Part shown: one piece after another, positions 1 through 15,226 of the stretch
Position numbering within the stretch: the stretch's first letter is position 1
Layout: every line of letters starts with the position of its first letter
Assembly: GCA_964016885.1 (NCBI GenBank)
Contig: OZ024752.1
Span: 41,974,001-42,038,000 of the forward strand
DNA: 64,000 nucleotides
Direction: 5' to 3'
Source of the DNA: Eledone cirrhosa
Lineage: Eukaryota
The notes under the pieces: generated by a model
What the model was told of the DNA's origin: nothing
Database searches by the model: none
What the model saw: the letters and a program-made list of their open reading frames with translations, nothing else
Translations under genes and position numbers: made by a program

Positions 1-386
1 TGTTTCCTGTCATTATTTGTGTCAATGTCAAATTTAACTTGACAGTGACCTATCTCTCTCTTAGTAACTAGGTTATATATGTATACATATGTTTTAAACT
101 ATTTCCCTCTGTCTCTCAGTAAGTTCTGTAACATTTAGACCCTCTTCCTGCTATATAAAGCGTTAAACTAATATATACCTTCCATATACTGTACCGATTG
201 TGTTGTTATTTCTGTTTACCTTTTACATACACACACACATATATATATAGTTATGTAATAAACAACATAAGGCAATTATTCCATTTACCAGTGGTTTCTT
301 AAAAGCAAAAAATGTTGCTTTCAATCAGCAGAATGAAAAAATCCTGGTGTATTTATTGATATTGGATTCTCTACATATATATATAT

Positions 387-592
387 ATAATATAAGATCA
401 AAAGATGGTTAAAGGAGTTCCATGTATTTTATTATGCGCATTTCAAAATTTGAAATGCGCATAATAAAATACATGGAACTCCTTTAACCATCTTTTGATC
501 TTATATTATGTATACTCCAGTCCTACAAACTGTAGAGTGCTTCTTATCCAATATCTGCATTGCTTTATTGTACTACAATAAAACTCACCTCC

Positions 593-596
<4 letters not shown>
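387..596 (+). mobile_element. Family A fold-back PLE-end element: perfect palindrome 387-509 plus ~87-nt tail, in (TA)n
   Basis: 61-bp arms centred on base 448. Same family at 7908-8156, 54492-54905 and 56337-56605. Confidence 0.8.
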
Positions 597-639
<43 letters not shown>

Positions 640-1279
640 CTTGACATAGTACCCCCTCTTTCTCCTTTGATTGGACTATATTAACCGTTCCGTTGCCAAA
701 TTTCTAATGATGTTTAAGATTGAAAACAATCAGGACCGGACAATATCTTTAGTGTTGGTGCCGCGATAAAATTCACTCAATACACTCTATAAAGTGGTTG
801 GTTTTAGGAAGAGTATTAAACCATAGTGAACATGCCAAGATCTGGAATCTAAGAATGTGACAGGGTCACTGGATTGTCTTGGAGGGTAAAAACTCTGAAT
901 AAGAAGTAAGTGGGACCATGACAATCCATCTAACCCATGCCTATATTGGAAAGGGTCTGTAAAATTCATGATCACAATTGTTATTTATGTTAAGATTGAT
1001 TGAAACCGTGAAATATGAGAGAAAATATAATTATCAAACTACATAAAATGCCCCCATTCCCAAATATTAATTATTAAATATGAATTTGTATCAGTTACTT
1101 ATATTTTAAGTACACACACATCATCATCATCATCATCATTTTACGTCCGCTTTTCCCTGCTTGCAAGGGTATATATATATATACATGCTTATATATAAAC
1201 ATATACACTCCTGCATATGTGTGAATATATATATGGTATATATATATATATATATATACCATGTTTATATATAAGCATG

Positions 1280-1310
<31 letters not shown>

Positions 1311-1329
1311 ATTATATAAACATACACAT

Positions 1330-1360
<31 letters not shown>

Positions 1361-1492
1361 ACGAAGGAAGTGTGGTAAGGAACCAGATGGACCATAACGC
1401 ACCAGAGTACTCAATACTTTGGGTAGTAGAGTGGGTAATAGGAAAATAGCCGTCGAAACGGCTTGAGCTCTGCCGTCGGGGTTAAACATTTT

Positions 1493-1533
<41 letters not shown>

Positions 1534-2439
1534 GTGTATGTGTATTATATAAATTCACACACACACACACACGTGTGTGTGTGTGTGTGCGTAACTTTCT
1601 TTAATTTTAATGCATCTCAAATTCTTTAAATTAGTTCCCAGTAGTTTGGGCAAAGATTTGGAATATTAAATTTCTATTTTATAAGCCAAAGTGACGTTAC
1701 TGAGTACACTTGACCTTGTTCTCAACAGTATTTGAGAAACATTCAAAGATTATATACTGCAAACGTTGCTTTATTTAAAATGTAATATGTTATATAACAT
1801 CTATGGGCGGAGATATGTCCGAGTCGTTAGAACGTCGGATAGAATTCTTCGTGGGATTTGAACTCAGCTTGCTGAGAGCTGGAACAAACATCACAAAGCA
1901 TTCTATCAGGCATTCGTAGTCTTATAAACGAATTTGAATAATGAAAATAACACAAGGCGGGGGAGGTAGTGGTCGACTTCCCTGTGGTGGGCCCTGAAAT
2001 CTGATCACTGATCTTGATCAGGCGACCAACCTGAAACTGAGTCTCATACGCAAAAAAAGACTAACCAACAATTGACTTTTCGTCAGTTCTATGTCTTACT
2101 CGAACAGGGCTGAGCTGGAGGGCCATGGAAACTGATCACTGATCTCTGATCAGGCGAACAACAACTCTAGACAGAGTCTCATACACAAGAAGAAGACTAA
2201 CCAACAATTGATAAGGAAGACAAAGAATTTTTGTATGTAGCATTGTCACATCGAAGACTAGCCTTTCGTCGGTTCAATGTCTTACTCGAACAGGGCTGAG
2301 CTGGGCCATAAAAAACAACATGGAGTTCAACGTTTTCAAAACTGTATGTATAGTATATAGAATAATGTTCAAATGTCAGGAAAATGAACAGTGTATGAGT
2401 CATGATATACACGTGTGCGTGTGTATGGAGGTGAAGGGG

Positions 2440-3035
2440 GGATATCAGGTATAGTGTTAGCGAATTTCAGGAAGCATGGAGGTTTTAAAGGATGTAGTGT
2501 CTCGACAGCTAACAACTGATGCAGGTAGTTTGTTTCATGGAGGGTTTTAAAGGATGCAGTGTTTCGACAGCTAACAACCGATACAGGTAGTTTGTTCCAT
2601 GGAGGTTTTAAAGGATGCAGTGTCTCGGCAGCTAACAACTGTTGCAGGTAGTTTGTTCCATGGAGGGTTTTAAAGGATGCAGTGTTTCGACAGCTAACAA
2701 CTGATGCAGGTAGTTTGTTTCATGGAGGTTTTAAAGGATGCAATGTCTCGACAGCTAACAACTGATGCAGGTAGTTTGTTCCATGGAGATTTTAAAGGAT
2801 GTAATGTCTCGACAGCTAACAACTGATGCAGATAGTTTGTTCCATGGAGGTTTTAAAGGATGCAGTGTCTCGGCAGCTAACAACTGATGCAGGTAGTTTG
2901 TTCCATGGAGGTTTTAAAGGATGCAGTGTCTCGGCAGCTAACAACTGATGCAGGTAGTTTGTTCCATGCTTCAGCAACTCTGAGCGTGAAAAAATGTTTC
3001 CGAAAGTCATGGGAGCTGTTATGTTCTTAAGCAAG
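2440..3035 (-). mobile_element. CR1/L2-type LINE 3' end whose last ~61 bp is amplified 8 times (2475-2967)
   Basis: Minus strand reads RKHFFTLRVAEAWNKLPASVVSCRDTASFKTSM, typical of the CR1 ORF2 C-terminus; units are 61-62 bp. Confidence 0.75.
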
Positions 3036-3699
3036 ACACTTACTTTCACATCGATACAGTCCACTATGGCGGCAAATTGGCAAGAGTCGTTAGAACATCA
3101 GAGAGAATGCTTTGCGGTATTCGTTTCGGGTATCTACTGTCAGAGTTCAAATCACGTCGAGGTCAACTTTGCCTTTCATCCATTTGAGGTCGATTAAAAA
3201 GTACCAGTTAAATACTAGGGTCAATTCTTCCTCTATATCTCTTTCTCTCACTTTCTCTATCCTTCTCTGGAAGAAATATGTTGTATTCAGACCTACAGAG
3301 GAGAAGGGCTCCACCAGGTTTTAAAAAAAAATGCCCTTGTATTTCTTCAGTGACGGATCAAGGACAATTACGGAGCTGACTGGACGGTAGCCATTGGCCC
3401 CACAATATTTAAAGGGTTCCAATGAGCCCTGATTACATTTTCAGCTAGGGTTCTATGTGATCTTAATTAGCCCTGAGCAATATATGTATTTGTTTGCTGA
3501 ACAATGTGTGTGGGGCCAAATACGCGTTGGGTGTGTATGTGTGTGTGAGTGCGTGTGGTACCAATTAAGTACTCTGTGTGTGTGCAGCACTAAATACGCA
3601 ATGTGTGGAACTCAATACGTACTTTGTATGTGTCTATGGCATTAAATAGGTGTTGTGTGTGTGTCACTAAACACGTGTTCTATGCGTGGGACCCAATAA

Positions 3700-5205
<1,506 letters not shown>

Positions 5206-5995
5206 TGGGAAGTTTGTTGACGGTGATGTTGGGTGTGATGGCGGTGGTGTTGGATGGTTAGATGATGTTAATGATGATGATGATGATGTCTAGATTTTAT
5301 ATTGCTTAGGATGACAGCTGAGTAAATAGAGAGAGAGAGAGAGCTGGGTGGGTCTATATAGAGGTGGGTGGGTATCAGACCTGTCATCCCCCTCCCTCCC
5401 CCGTCCCAACGGGGAGATCTCCCACGCAATTTTGGGGTGGGTGAGAGATGTATCTTCCCTTGTGAAAATGGGTATAGCTTTCATTTGGCAGTATCGGTAG
5501 AGGGTCGGACGCCATGCTTTGCTGTACAGTTACGTCCCTTTACGGTCTGAGTTCAAATCCCGCCGAGGTTAACTTTGCCTTTCATCCTTACGGGGTCGAT
5601 AAAATAAAGTACCAGTAATGTACTGGATAATTGCTGGCCTTGTGCCTAAAGTTGAAACAATTATTTTCAAAATAAAATAAAGTACCAGTAATGTACTGGG
5701 TTATTGCTGGCCTTGTGCCTAAAGTTGAAACAATTATTTTCAAAGTAAAATAAAGTACCAGTAATGTACTGGGTATTTGCTGGCCTTGTGCCAAACGTAG
5801 AAACAGTTATGTAAAATCTCCCCATTTTGCCCAATTTCTGCCCGTTTTGGGCCACTTTTTTCCAAAGTACTCTGGGGTGGGGTTTGTTTTAGAGGTCGAC
5901 AGGTCTGGGGTATTTAGCAGGTTATTAGCAGGCTGTTAATGATAATTTAGAAGAATGTTGATATCTCTGGTGCTTTCAGCTACTTGACTGCTTTT

Positions 5996-6072
<77 letters not shown>

Positions 6073-6202
6073 GTTTCATTTTTTCCGTTTATCGTTTTCG
6101 GTGCACCCGACCGATTAACCCACTCGATATGCAAATTGGGCTACTCAGCCGTTAATATGCATAAGGTAAGTATATACGTTCAACAATCTGGCAGGAAGGT
6201 AT

Positions 6203-6246
6203 ACGTTGCTGACGATAGCTAATAAGCTTGAACACTAGTACAGCGT
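6203..6246 (+). ncRNA. Degenerate hammerhead ribozyme in TA-flanked element ~6071-6365
   Basis: ACGTTG-CTGACGA-tAGCT-AATA-AGCTt-GAAcA-CTAG-TA-CAGCGT. One extra base in the GAAA core. Confidence 0.55.
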
Positions 6247-6385
6247 TCCTTTGTCAGTGTTGAACAAACGAGCAACGATGGTTGCTAGACACTACGGCTT
6301 AATACGGGATGTTTGTTTACAAACACAGCGAGCATTATAATAAATGTTCGGTGAATCCATACGTACATATATATATATGTGCATG

Positions 6386-6421
<36 letters not shown>

Positions 6422-6543
6422 CTACTGTACGTCTGTATACATATATGTATGTACGTGTACATACTTATACATATATACACACAGAAATAAAATGGCGTAG
6501 GACAAAACAAAGGAGAGGCACAGAAACAAAGAAAGGAATCCCC

Positions 6544-6588
6544 AGTCACTGAAGAGGTCACAGAGTGTGTGACGAAAGAACTACGACA
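6544..6588 (+). ncRNA. Degenerate hammerhead ribozyme
   Basis: AGTCA-CTGAAGA-gGTCACA..TGTGAC-GAAA-GAAC-TA-CGAC. Confidence 0.5.
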
Positions 6589-6740
6589 ATATATAAACAA
6601 CTATCTGGTTGTGGAACCAACCAACCAACCAACCAGAAATTTATAAATTTATAAATTTATTATAAATTTATAATAATAAATTGAAGTGAAAGCAACTGGT
6701 GCGTGTGTTTCTTATTGGCAACATGACCCTCCCAAAGTAT

Positions 6741-6784
<44 letters not shown>

Positions 6785-6788
<4 letters not shown>

Positions 6789-6956
6789 ATGAGAAGAAAG
6801 AAGAATACTGCGTGGTTGCACATGGGTTACATATGATAAAATTAGTCCCTCGTCAGTGATTTGCCAACCATCATTGATATTTCATCGCATTAAAAATCAT
6901 TTAATGCGATGAAATATCAATGATGGTTGGCAAATCACTGACGAGGGACTAATTTT

Positions 6957-6963
<7 letters not shown>
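6785..6963. mobile_element. Fold-back element (palindrome 6831-6963 plus left tail) in (TA)n
   Basis: 64-bp perfect arms with a 5-nt loop. Contains CTGACGA but no complete ribozyme. Confidence 0.7.
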
Positions 6964-6997
<34 letters not shown>

Positions 6998-7308
6998 TAA
7001 ATCATGTCCTTAGAATTATTAGATAAAATATATTATTTCCTCTATTGTTGTCAACTACAAAGAGGCTGTTTTCGGTTATTTACCAAATATTTCTTCATAG
7101 GAGCCTTTATTCTTATAGCCTGGTCTAATTGATGTTTTATATGGTTAATTATGCTAATTGGGAGAGGAAATAATATATATTTTATCTAATAATTCTCAGG
7201 ACATGATTTATGATATATTGCTCTGATTATTTAATTTATTAATTCTTCATTGAGCCACATCGTTAACGGTTGCCATATATATATCTGTGACTTTATGTAT
7301 ATGTAAAT

Positions 7309-7349
<41 letters not shown>

Positions 7350-7515
7350 TGTGTGTGTATGTATCTATATATATATATATATGTATATGTATGTATCTAT
7401 GTATGTATATATATATATGTATATGTAAATATATGTATATATATATGTATGTATATTTATATACATATATATATTTATATACATTCGTACATATATATAT
7501 ATATATGTATCTATG

Positions 7516-7584
<69 letters not shown>

Positions 7585-7622
7585 ATGTATATTTATATAC
7601 ATATATATATTTATATACATTC

Positions 7623-7670
<48 letters not shown>

Positions 7671-7717
7671 TATTTTAAGGGTATGTCAATATTTATTTAT
7701 AAAACTGATCTATATTA

Positions 7718-7782
7718 TATTTTATCTGATGAAAGCACACCATAATTTAACTTGGTGTCCTTGAAATATGTATTATGAAATA
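7718..7782 (+). ncRNA. Type I minimal hammerhead ribozyme in a TA-flanked insert (~7670-7822)
   Basis: TATTTTAT-CTGATGA-AAGcACACCA..TGGTGTcCTT-GAAA-TATGTAT-T-ATGAAATA. Confidence 0.8.
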
Positions 7783-7821
7783 AATATGGTTTTATAAATA
7801 TAGTTTCCATTTGTTAATATC

Positions 7822-7902
<81 letters not shown>

Positions 7903-7907
7903 CATAT

Positions 7908-8156
7908 ATAATATATAAGAACAAAAGATGGTTAAAAGAGTTCCATGTATTTTATTATGCGCATTTCAAAAACAAATATCATCATGCAATAATATTTGTG
8001 TTTTCATATGAAATGCGCATAATAAAATACATGGAACTCTTTTAACCATCTTTTGTTCTTATATATTATGTATACTCCAGTCCTACAAACTGTAGAGTGC
8101 TACTTATCCGATATCTGCATTGCTTTATTGTACTACAATAAAACTCACCTCCTACA
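7908..8156 (+). mobile_element. Family A fold-back PLE-end element
   Basis: Arms 7908-7968 / 8009-8069; the spacer is the inverted hammerhead stem II; same tail as the 387 copy. Confidence 0.8.
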
Positions 8157-8158
8157 TA

Positions 8159-8205
<47 letters not shown>

Positions 8206-8236
8206 ATATTTGGGGAGGGTCATATTTGCGTAATAT

Positions 8237-8287
<51 letters not shown>

Positions 8288-8291
<4 letters not shown>

Positions 8292-8654
8292 AACGAATAG
8301 AGGTGTAACACGCAAGTTATTATATATTGGTAAACGGAATAGAAAATGCTGACAAATTGTTCACAGTTGAAAAATGGTTTAATTAGGAATAAAAGAGTAT
8401 TAGTGATTGTATGGGTTAGTATTCAGTTGTGGTTTTAAGTTTTTAAGTTTTTACCGGTTGCAAACAACACGGACACTCTATCTCAAAATTATTTTTGAAA
8501 AGCATTTAGAAATGCGCAACCGGTAAAAACTTAAAAACTTAAAACCACAACTGAATACTAACCCATACAATCACTAATACTCTGTTATTCCTAATTAAAC
8601 CATTTTTCAACTGTGAACAATTTGTCAGCATTTTCTATTCCGTTTACCAATATA

Positions 8655-8656
<2 letters not shown>
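8288..8656. mobile_element. Fold-back element with 141-bp arms and a ~33-nt left tail, in (TA)n
   Basis: Arms 8321-8461 / 8516-8656. Confidence 0.75.
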
Positions 8657-8686
<30 letters not shown>

Positions 8687-8994
8687 CATATATATATACA
8701 TACATATCTAGCTCACTCAATGAATCTGGTGAATTGCAGTGTTGCAGCTGCAATCAACGGTTCAGAGTACACACACATATAGTTTACTGTAGACAGTTGG
8801 CTGTGTTTAGCTAGAGATATATGCATCATACCAGCAGTGCGGGGGTTAATGCACATTATAACCCCCCCATCCCCACCCCCTATCGCATTCACTCACACGC
8901 AATGCATATGTCTACATTGGCAAAACAAACATAACGAGAACTCTACAGTAATAAGAAACACAATACGCTTGTATATTACAGAGCTACATTATTT

Positions 8995-9608
8995 GTGGAT
9001 TGGCAGTATTGGTAGAGCGTCAGACATCATGCTTTACAGCACAGAGTTATGGCCCTTGGCGTTCTGAGTTCAAATCCCGCTGAGGTTAACTTTGTTGCCT
9101 TTCATCCTTACGGGGGGTCGATAAAATAAAGTACCAGTAATACACTGGGTAATTGCTGGCCTTGTGCCAAAAGTAGAAACAATTATTTGTGGATTGGCAG
9201 TGTCGGTAGAGCGTCAGACGTAATGCTTTACAGCACAGAGTTATGGCCCTTGACGTTCTGAGTTCAAATCCCGCTGAGGTTAACTTTGTTGCCTTTCATC
9301 CTTACGGGGGGTCGATAAAATAAAGTACCAGTAATACACTGAGATAATTGCTGGCCTTGTGCCAAATTCAAAAGCAGAAACAATTATTTCTCTACACACA
9401 TTGGTAAGGGCGGTGAATTAGCAGTATAGGTAGAACGTCAGACGTAATGCTTTACAGCATAGAGTTGCGGCTCTTTACGTTCTCAGTTCAAATCCCGCCG
9501 AGGTTAACTTTGTTGCCTTTCATCCTTACGGGGGGTCGATAAAATAAAGTACCAGTAATACACTGAGATAATTGCTGGCCTTGTGCCATAAGTAGAAACA
9601 ATTATTTC
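8995..9608 (+). mobile_element. Three tandem copies of tRNA-derived SINE family 1 (OK-like, Deu/Nin-type central block)
   Basis: A box TGGCAGTATCGG, B box GAGTTCAAATCC, then GCCTTTCATCCTTACGGGGTCGATAAAATAAAGTACCAG. Other copies at ~5484-5810(+), 12300-12548(-), 13313-13493(-), 16385-16560(+), 17474-17662(-), 33395-33808(+), 37723-37895(+), 39194-39378(+), 39597-39878(-), 40650-40783(+), 46335-46750(+), 47270-47461(+), 56946-57037(-), 63105-63287(+). Confidence 0.9.
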
Positions 9609-9647
9609 TCTATACACATATATGTGTGTGTGTGCGTATGTGTGTGT

Positions 9648-9743
<96 letters not shown>

Positions 9744-9874
9744 CGGGCTGCTTATTAAAACACTCAAGAAACCTTCTGAGATGCGATCTGGGATGAGGCC
9801 AGCTAAACCTTCATAAGTGTCAACTGTAAAAACTATTCCATTTCATTTATCGATGATATTACTGATCAACTCTA

Positions 9875-11514
9875 CAAGGGTCGGCTGAAAACTTTATAGG
9901 CTGACCAAGATATTCTCATGGAATGACCAAATGAGGTTTATTTTTCAACATTATCTCTAGAAAGAAACAAAGCAGTTATTAATAAGAAGAGTTGAAATTA
10001 ATGCATGCAAGATTTCACTACTCTAACATCACTCCTTCATAGTCTGACGAATATACTCTCATGGAATGACCAAATTTGGTTTATTTTTCAACATTGTCCC
10101 TGGAAAGAAACAATGCAGTTATTAATAAGAAGAGTTGAAATTAATGCATGCAAGATTTCACAGCTCTAGCATCAGTCCTTCATAGTCTCTGACCAAGATA
10201 CTCTCACGGAACGATCTAATGAGGTTTATTTTTCAACATTGTCCCTGCAGATATTAAAAGAGTTGAAATTTGCAAGATTTCACAGCTCTAGCATCAATCT
10301 TTCATAGGCTGACAAAATATGGTTAATTTTTCAACATAGTCCCTAGAAAGAAACAATGCAGTTATTAATAAGAAGAGTTGAAATTAATACATGCAAGATT
10401 TCACAGCTCTAGCATCACTCCTTCATAGGCTGACCAGGATACTCTCATGGAATGACCAAATGAGGTTTATTTTTCAACATAGTCTCTGGAAAGAAACACT
10501 GCAGTTATTGATAAGAAGAGTTGAAATTAATGCATGCAAGATTTCACAGCTCTAACATCACTCCTTCATAGTCTCTGACCAAGATACTCTCACGGAACGA
10601 TCTAATGAGGTTTATTTTTCAACATTGTCCCTGCAGATATTAAAAGAGTTGAAATTTGCAAGATTTCACAGCTCTAGCATCAATCTTTCATAGGCTGACA
10701 AAATATGGTTAATTTTTCAACATAGTCCCTAGAAAGAAACAATGCAGTTATTAATAAGAAGAGTTGAAATTAATACATGCAAGATTTCACAGCTCTAGCA
10801 TCACTCCTTCATAGGCTGACCAGGATACTCTCATGGAATGACCAAATGAGGTTTATTTTTCAACATAGTCTCTGGAAAGAAACACTGCAGTTATTGATAA
10901 GAAGAGTTGAAATTAATGCATGCAAGATTTCACAGCTCTAGCATCAGTCCTTCATAGTCTCTGACCAAGATACTCTCACGGAACAATCTAATGAGGTTTA
11001 TTTTTCAACATTGTCCCTGCAGATATTAAAAGAGTTGAAATTTGCAAGATTTCACAGCTCTAGCATCAATCTTTCATAGGCTGACAAAATATGGTTAATT
11101 TTTCAACATAGTCCCTAGAAAGAAACAATGCAGTTATTAATAAGAAGAGTTGAAATTAATACATGCAAGATTTCACAGCTCTAGCATCACTCCTTCATAG
11201 GCTGACCAGGATACTCTCATGGAATGACCAAATGAGGTTTATTTTTCAACATAGTCTCTGGAAAGAAACACTGCAGTTATTGATAAGAAGAGTTGAAATT
11301 AATGCATACAACATTTCACAGCTCTAGCATCACTCCTTCATAGTCTGACCAAGATACTCTCACGGAACGATCTAATGAGGTTTATTTTTCAACATTGTCC
11401 CTGGAAATAAACAATGCAGTTATTAATAAGAAGAGTTGAAATTAATACATGCAAGATTTCACAGCTCTAGCATCATTCGTTCACTGTCAGCTTATGAAGT
11501 TTTCAGCCGACCCT
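9875..11514. mobile_element. Mariner-like MITE expanded by an internal 121-143-bp satellite
   Basis: TIRs AGGGTCGGCTGAAAACTTTATAGGCTGAC (9877-9905) and GTCAGCTTATGAAGTTTTCAGCCGACCCT (11486-11514), preceded by TA. Related array at 11863-12300. Confidence 0.75.
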
Positions 11515-13559
11515 CCCCCAATCATAAACAGTCTTGTTTAGCCACAACTGTCATCCATCATCAATAATTGTGTGATGTGGTTTAAATACACACTTTGACA
11601 TCTCTCATCATCAGCAACAAAGGTTGGTTGTCTTGACAACTACGAGAAACAAGACCGAGATACTTATCAGCACCAATGGTTGGTTGTCTTGGCAACTAAG
11701 ATGAACGGAGGGAGTGAGATGGTGATATACACACCACTGTCCTGTTGTTGTTGTTGTTGTTGTTGTTGTTGATTGGAGGGGGCGGTTTCCAGCCTTGGAG
11801 ACGGTTGATCACGTGATAATAATAGTAACTGTTTCTAATTTAAGCACAAGACCAGCAATTTCGACCAAATGAGGTTTATTTTTCAACATTGTCCCTGTAA
11901 AGAAACAAGAAGAGTTGAAATTTGCAAGATTTTACAGCTCTAGCATCACTCCTTCATAAGCTGACCAAGATATTCTCATGGAATGACCAAATAAGGTTTA
12001 TTTTTCAACACTATCCCCGGAAAGAAACAAGAAGAGTTGAAATTTGTAAGATTTCACAGCTCTAGCATCACTCCTTCATAAACTGACCAAGATATTCTCA
12101 TGGAATGACCAAATGAGGTTTATTTTTCAACACTATCCCCGGAAAGAAACAAGAAGAGTTGAAATTTGCAAGATTTCACAGCTCTAGCATCACTCCTTCA
12201 TAAACTGACCAAGATATTCTCATGGAATGACCAAATGTGGTTTATTTTTCAACATAGTCCCCGGAAAGAAACAATGAAGTTATTAATAAGAAGAGTTGAA
12301 AATAATTGTTTCTACTTTAGGCACAAGGCCAGCAATAACCCAGTGCATTACTGGTACTTTATTTTATCGACCCCGTAAGGATGAAAGGCAAAGTCAACCT
12401 CGGCGGGATTTGAACTCAGATCGTAAAGGGACGAAGTTGAAAATAATTGTTTCTACTTTTGGCACAAGGCCATCAATCACCCAGTACATTACTGGTACTT
12501 TACTTTATCGACCCCGTAAGGATGAAAGGCAAAGTTAACCTCGGCGAGATGGTGATATATATACACACCACTGTCCTGTTCTTGATTGGGAGGGGGCGGT
12601 TTACAACCTTGGAGACGGTTGATCACGTGATAATAATAATAATGATTTCTAATTTAAGCACAAGACCAGCAATTTAGAGGGGGGGGGGGGCAAAATTGAT
12701 TATATCGATCCTAGTACAGCGGGTCCTCGGCTCACGAACTTAATTCGTTCCTCAAGGCCGTTCGTCATCTGCAATGTTTGTAAACAAACTATTTTTCTCA
12801 TATGAAACGTTGAGAGAGAAATACAGTGAGATATATATATAGAGAGAGAGAGAGAGGTGGGGGAGGGAGATAGAGAGGAGCGAGAGGGGGGAGGGGAGAA
12901 AGAGAGAGAAGATTCAGCATCGGACAAACCTGTCCCTTAGAATTACAGGTACAGTTCACCTTGTATTTTGATGTAAGTGGCTGAGCATTCTACAGACAGG
13001 TGTCCCTTTAACATAAATTCTCAGGGAGATTTAGCGGGACACAATGTGTGACCAACCTGTCCCTTTGAATTACAGGTACAAAGGTACAACTTTTTTTTTT
13101 TTTACAGTAGAAAGAACTGGAGCAAGGTGAAATAAAGTGTCTTGCTTAAGAAGACAATTGGCCGCCCGATCCAGGAATCGAACTCATAACTTTACGCTAG
13201 TGAACCTAACACTCCTAACCAGTAAATCACGCATTTTCACGCCGGAACAAATACCGCAAAGCATTTTATCTGATCAGTAAAAATAATAAAGCTTTCTTTA
13301 TCAATAAAAATAATAATTGTTTCTACTTTAGGCACAAGGCCAGCAATTACCCAGTGCATTACTGGTACTTTATTTTATCGACCCCCGTAAGGATGAAAGG
13401 CAAAGTCAACCTCGGCGGGATTTGAACTCAGATCGTAAAAGGCCATAACTATGCTGGAAAGCATGGCGTCCAACCCTCTACCGATACTGCCAATAATAAT
13501 GATAATAAGTATATAAACTAAATATAAATTATATGGTGCCCCAGCATGGCCTCAGCCGG

Positions 13560-13910
13560 ATGGCTGGAACAGGTAAAAGAGTAAAAGCGTATTAAAAAAA
13601 TAGTAGTTTAAAAATAACTTTCCAACACGTGGTTCAGGTGAGTTGATGTGAAGTTGAAGACAGCAGCAGGTGGGAAAAAAAAAAGAGAAAATTATCAAAT
13701 AAATAAATAAATTATTACCTGGTGAGGAATGCTGTGACAGGTAAACTACATTGACGGTAAGACAAGTATGTCGCTTGTAGTGAGTCAGGCTCGATAATAT
13801 TTTCCTAGTTCGTTATATTTCATTGTCACACCTGTGGTGGTTCCTTATTAGTGTAACTGAAATATTTTACCTGGATTGGATATTGGATTAATTAAGTTCT
13901 TAAAGGTAAA
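13560..13910 (+). promoter_or_regulatory. Candidate promoter/enhancer or non-coding first exon
   Basis: Non-repetitive island with seven CAGGT(A/G)-type boxes, CACGTG, TGAGTCA and a strong donor CAG|GTGAGT at 13638. No direct evidence of function. Confidence 0.3.
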
Positions 13911-13961
13911 AAAAACAACAATTAAATCTTTTAAAAATCTCTTTTCTCAGACGTGTGTGTG

Positions 13962-14009
<48 letters not shown>

Positions 14010-14369
14010 TTATTTATTTATTGAATAAGTATTCAATACATGTTTACAGAGTGTAAATTATATTTTCTGAAGAGAAAAGTAACACTGGCTTTGAAGATTC
14101 GTTATAGTTACTTTATGTAAATATATATGTAAATATATATGTACATATATATATATGTGTGTGTATAGTTTGAAAACGGAGGGAAAGTTCCGTGTAAGTT
14201 GACGATTTAGGTAAAAACTAAATGCGGTATACATATTTAAGGACCCTTTGTAATAAAAAACACTTCAATCGCGCAGAATAAACATTTTAAAAATTTGTTA
14301 CATTAAACGAACCTCAGTTTTAACAAATATTACCGGTCTCTCTCTATCTATCTATCTATATTTATACAG

Positions 14370-14750
14370 TAATAATAATAAATGTGAAGACTAAAATCCA
14401 AAGAGGGCTCGATAAGGATAAATATATATCAAATATATAAAAACCGTAGAGCAAATATTTATTAAAATAACAGATTAAAGTATAAGCAAAGAATCGCTTC
14501 TTTCACCCTTAACGGGATCTTCTGTAATAGATGTTCTAGTTAAGTTTAGTAAGACCATTATTCAACTTAGTAGTCCATACTTAAGGAAAGTAGTGTGTAG
14601 ATATTATTATAGGATAATTTTTAATTAGTACTTCATCCGCTATAAGTAAAATGACGGGGGGAAAAAGTCATATTTTTTTTTTTTTCAAATCAAAGTAATT
14701 CATTAAAAAGCGTGTAACTTATATCTAACAATGTATTGAGATAGCTAACC
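14370..14750 (-). mobile_element. TA-associated dispersed repeat; end fragments also at ~30580, 43502, 43840 and 61762
   Basis: Recurrent TAATAATAAATGTGAAGACTAAAATCCAAAGAGGGCTCGATAAGG; degenerate hammerhead-like core at ~14488-14525 (-). Confidence 0.55.
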
Positions 14751-14780
14751 AATATATATACATACATACATACATACATA

Positions 14781-15050
14781 CAAGAGCCTTGTTTCAGGGA
14801 GGGTACCAGGGGACAAGTACCTCCCACTTTTTCAAACGTCTATGTTTTATTTTTTGGTTTATTTGATATAATAAATTCCTTTTAAGCTTATTTTTTTATA
14901 TCTGAACTTCATTTAAATATATAAAATTTAATTAACGTAAAATTTTACTTATGTGATAGGGTCTAGGGTCCGGAAAAGGTACCATAAGCAATATTGACAT
15001 GCTCCTTTAAGAATCAACAAATATTGGTTTGTCCCCCTCACAAACGAGAC

Positions 15051-15052
<2 letters not shown>
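14781..15052 (+). mobile_element. hAT-like non-autonomous element fragment; an inverted relative at ~29424-29768 is nested in a piggyBac MITE
   Basis: Terminus CAAG(A/G)GCCTTGTTTCAG; ~270 bp shared between the two sites. Confidence 0.55.
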
Positions 15053-15107
<55 letters not shown>

Positions 15108-15226
15108 GTAAACATCGAAAACATTTGAATTCCGGTTTCAAACCTTTTTCCCCGAGCCAAAAGTGGTTTTTTTTTTTTTTGTTTTTTTTTTTAGTTTTTT
15201 CTTTTACTATGATTTGTATTTGCGTT

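Noticed and set aside
2475-2967. CAGGTAG (Zelda/TAGteam-like) sites in the repeat units
   Set aside because: Explained by LINE coding sequence; Zelda is an arthropod factor.
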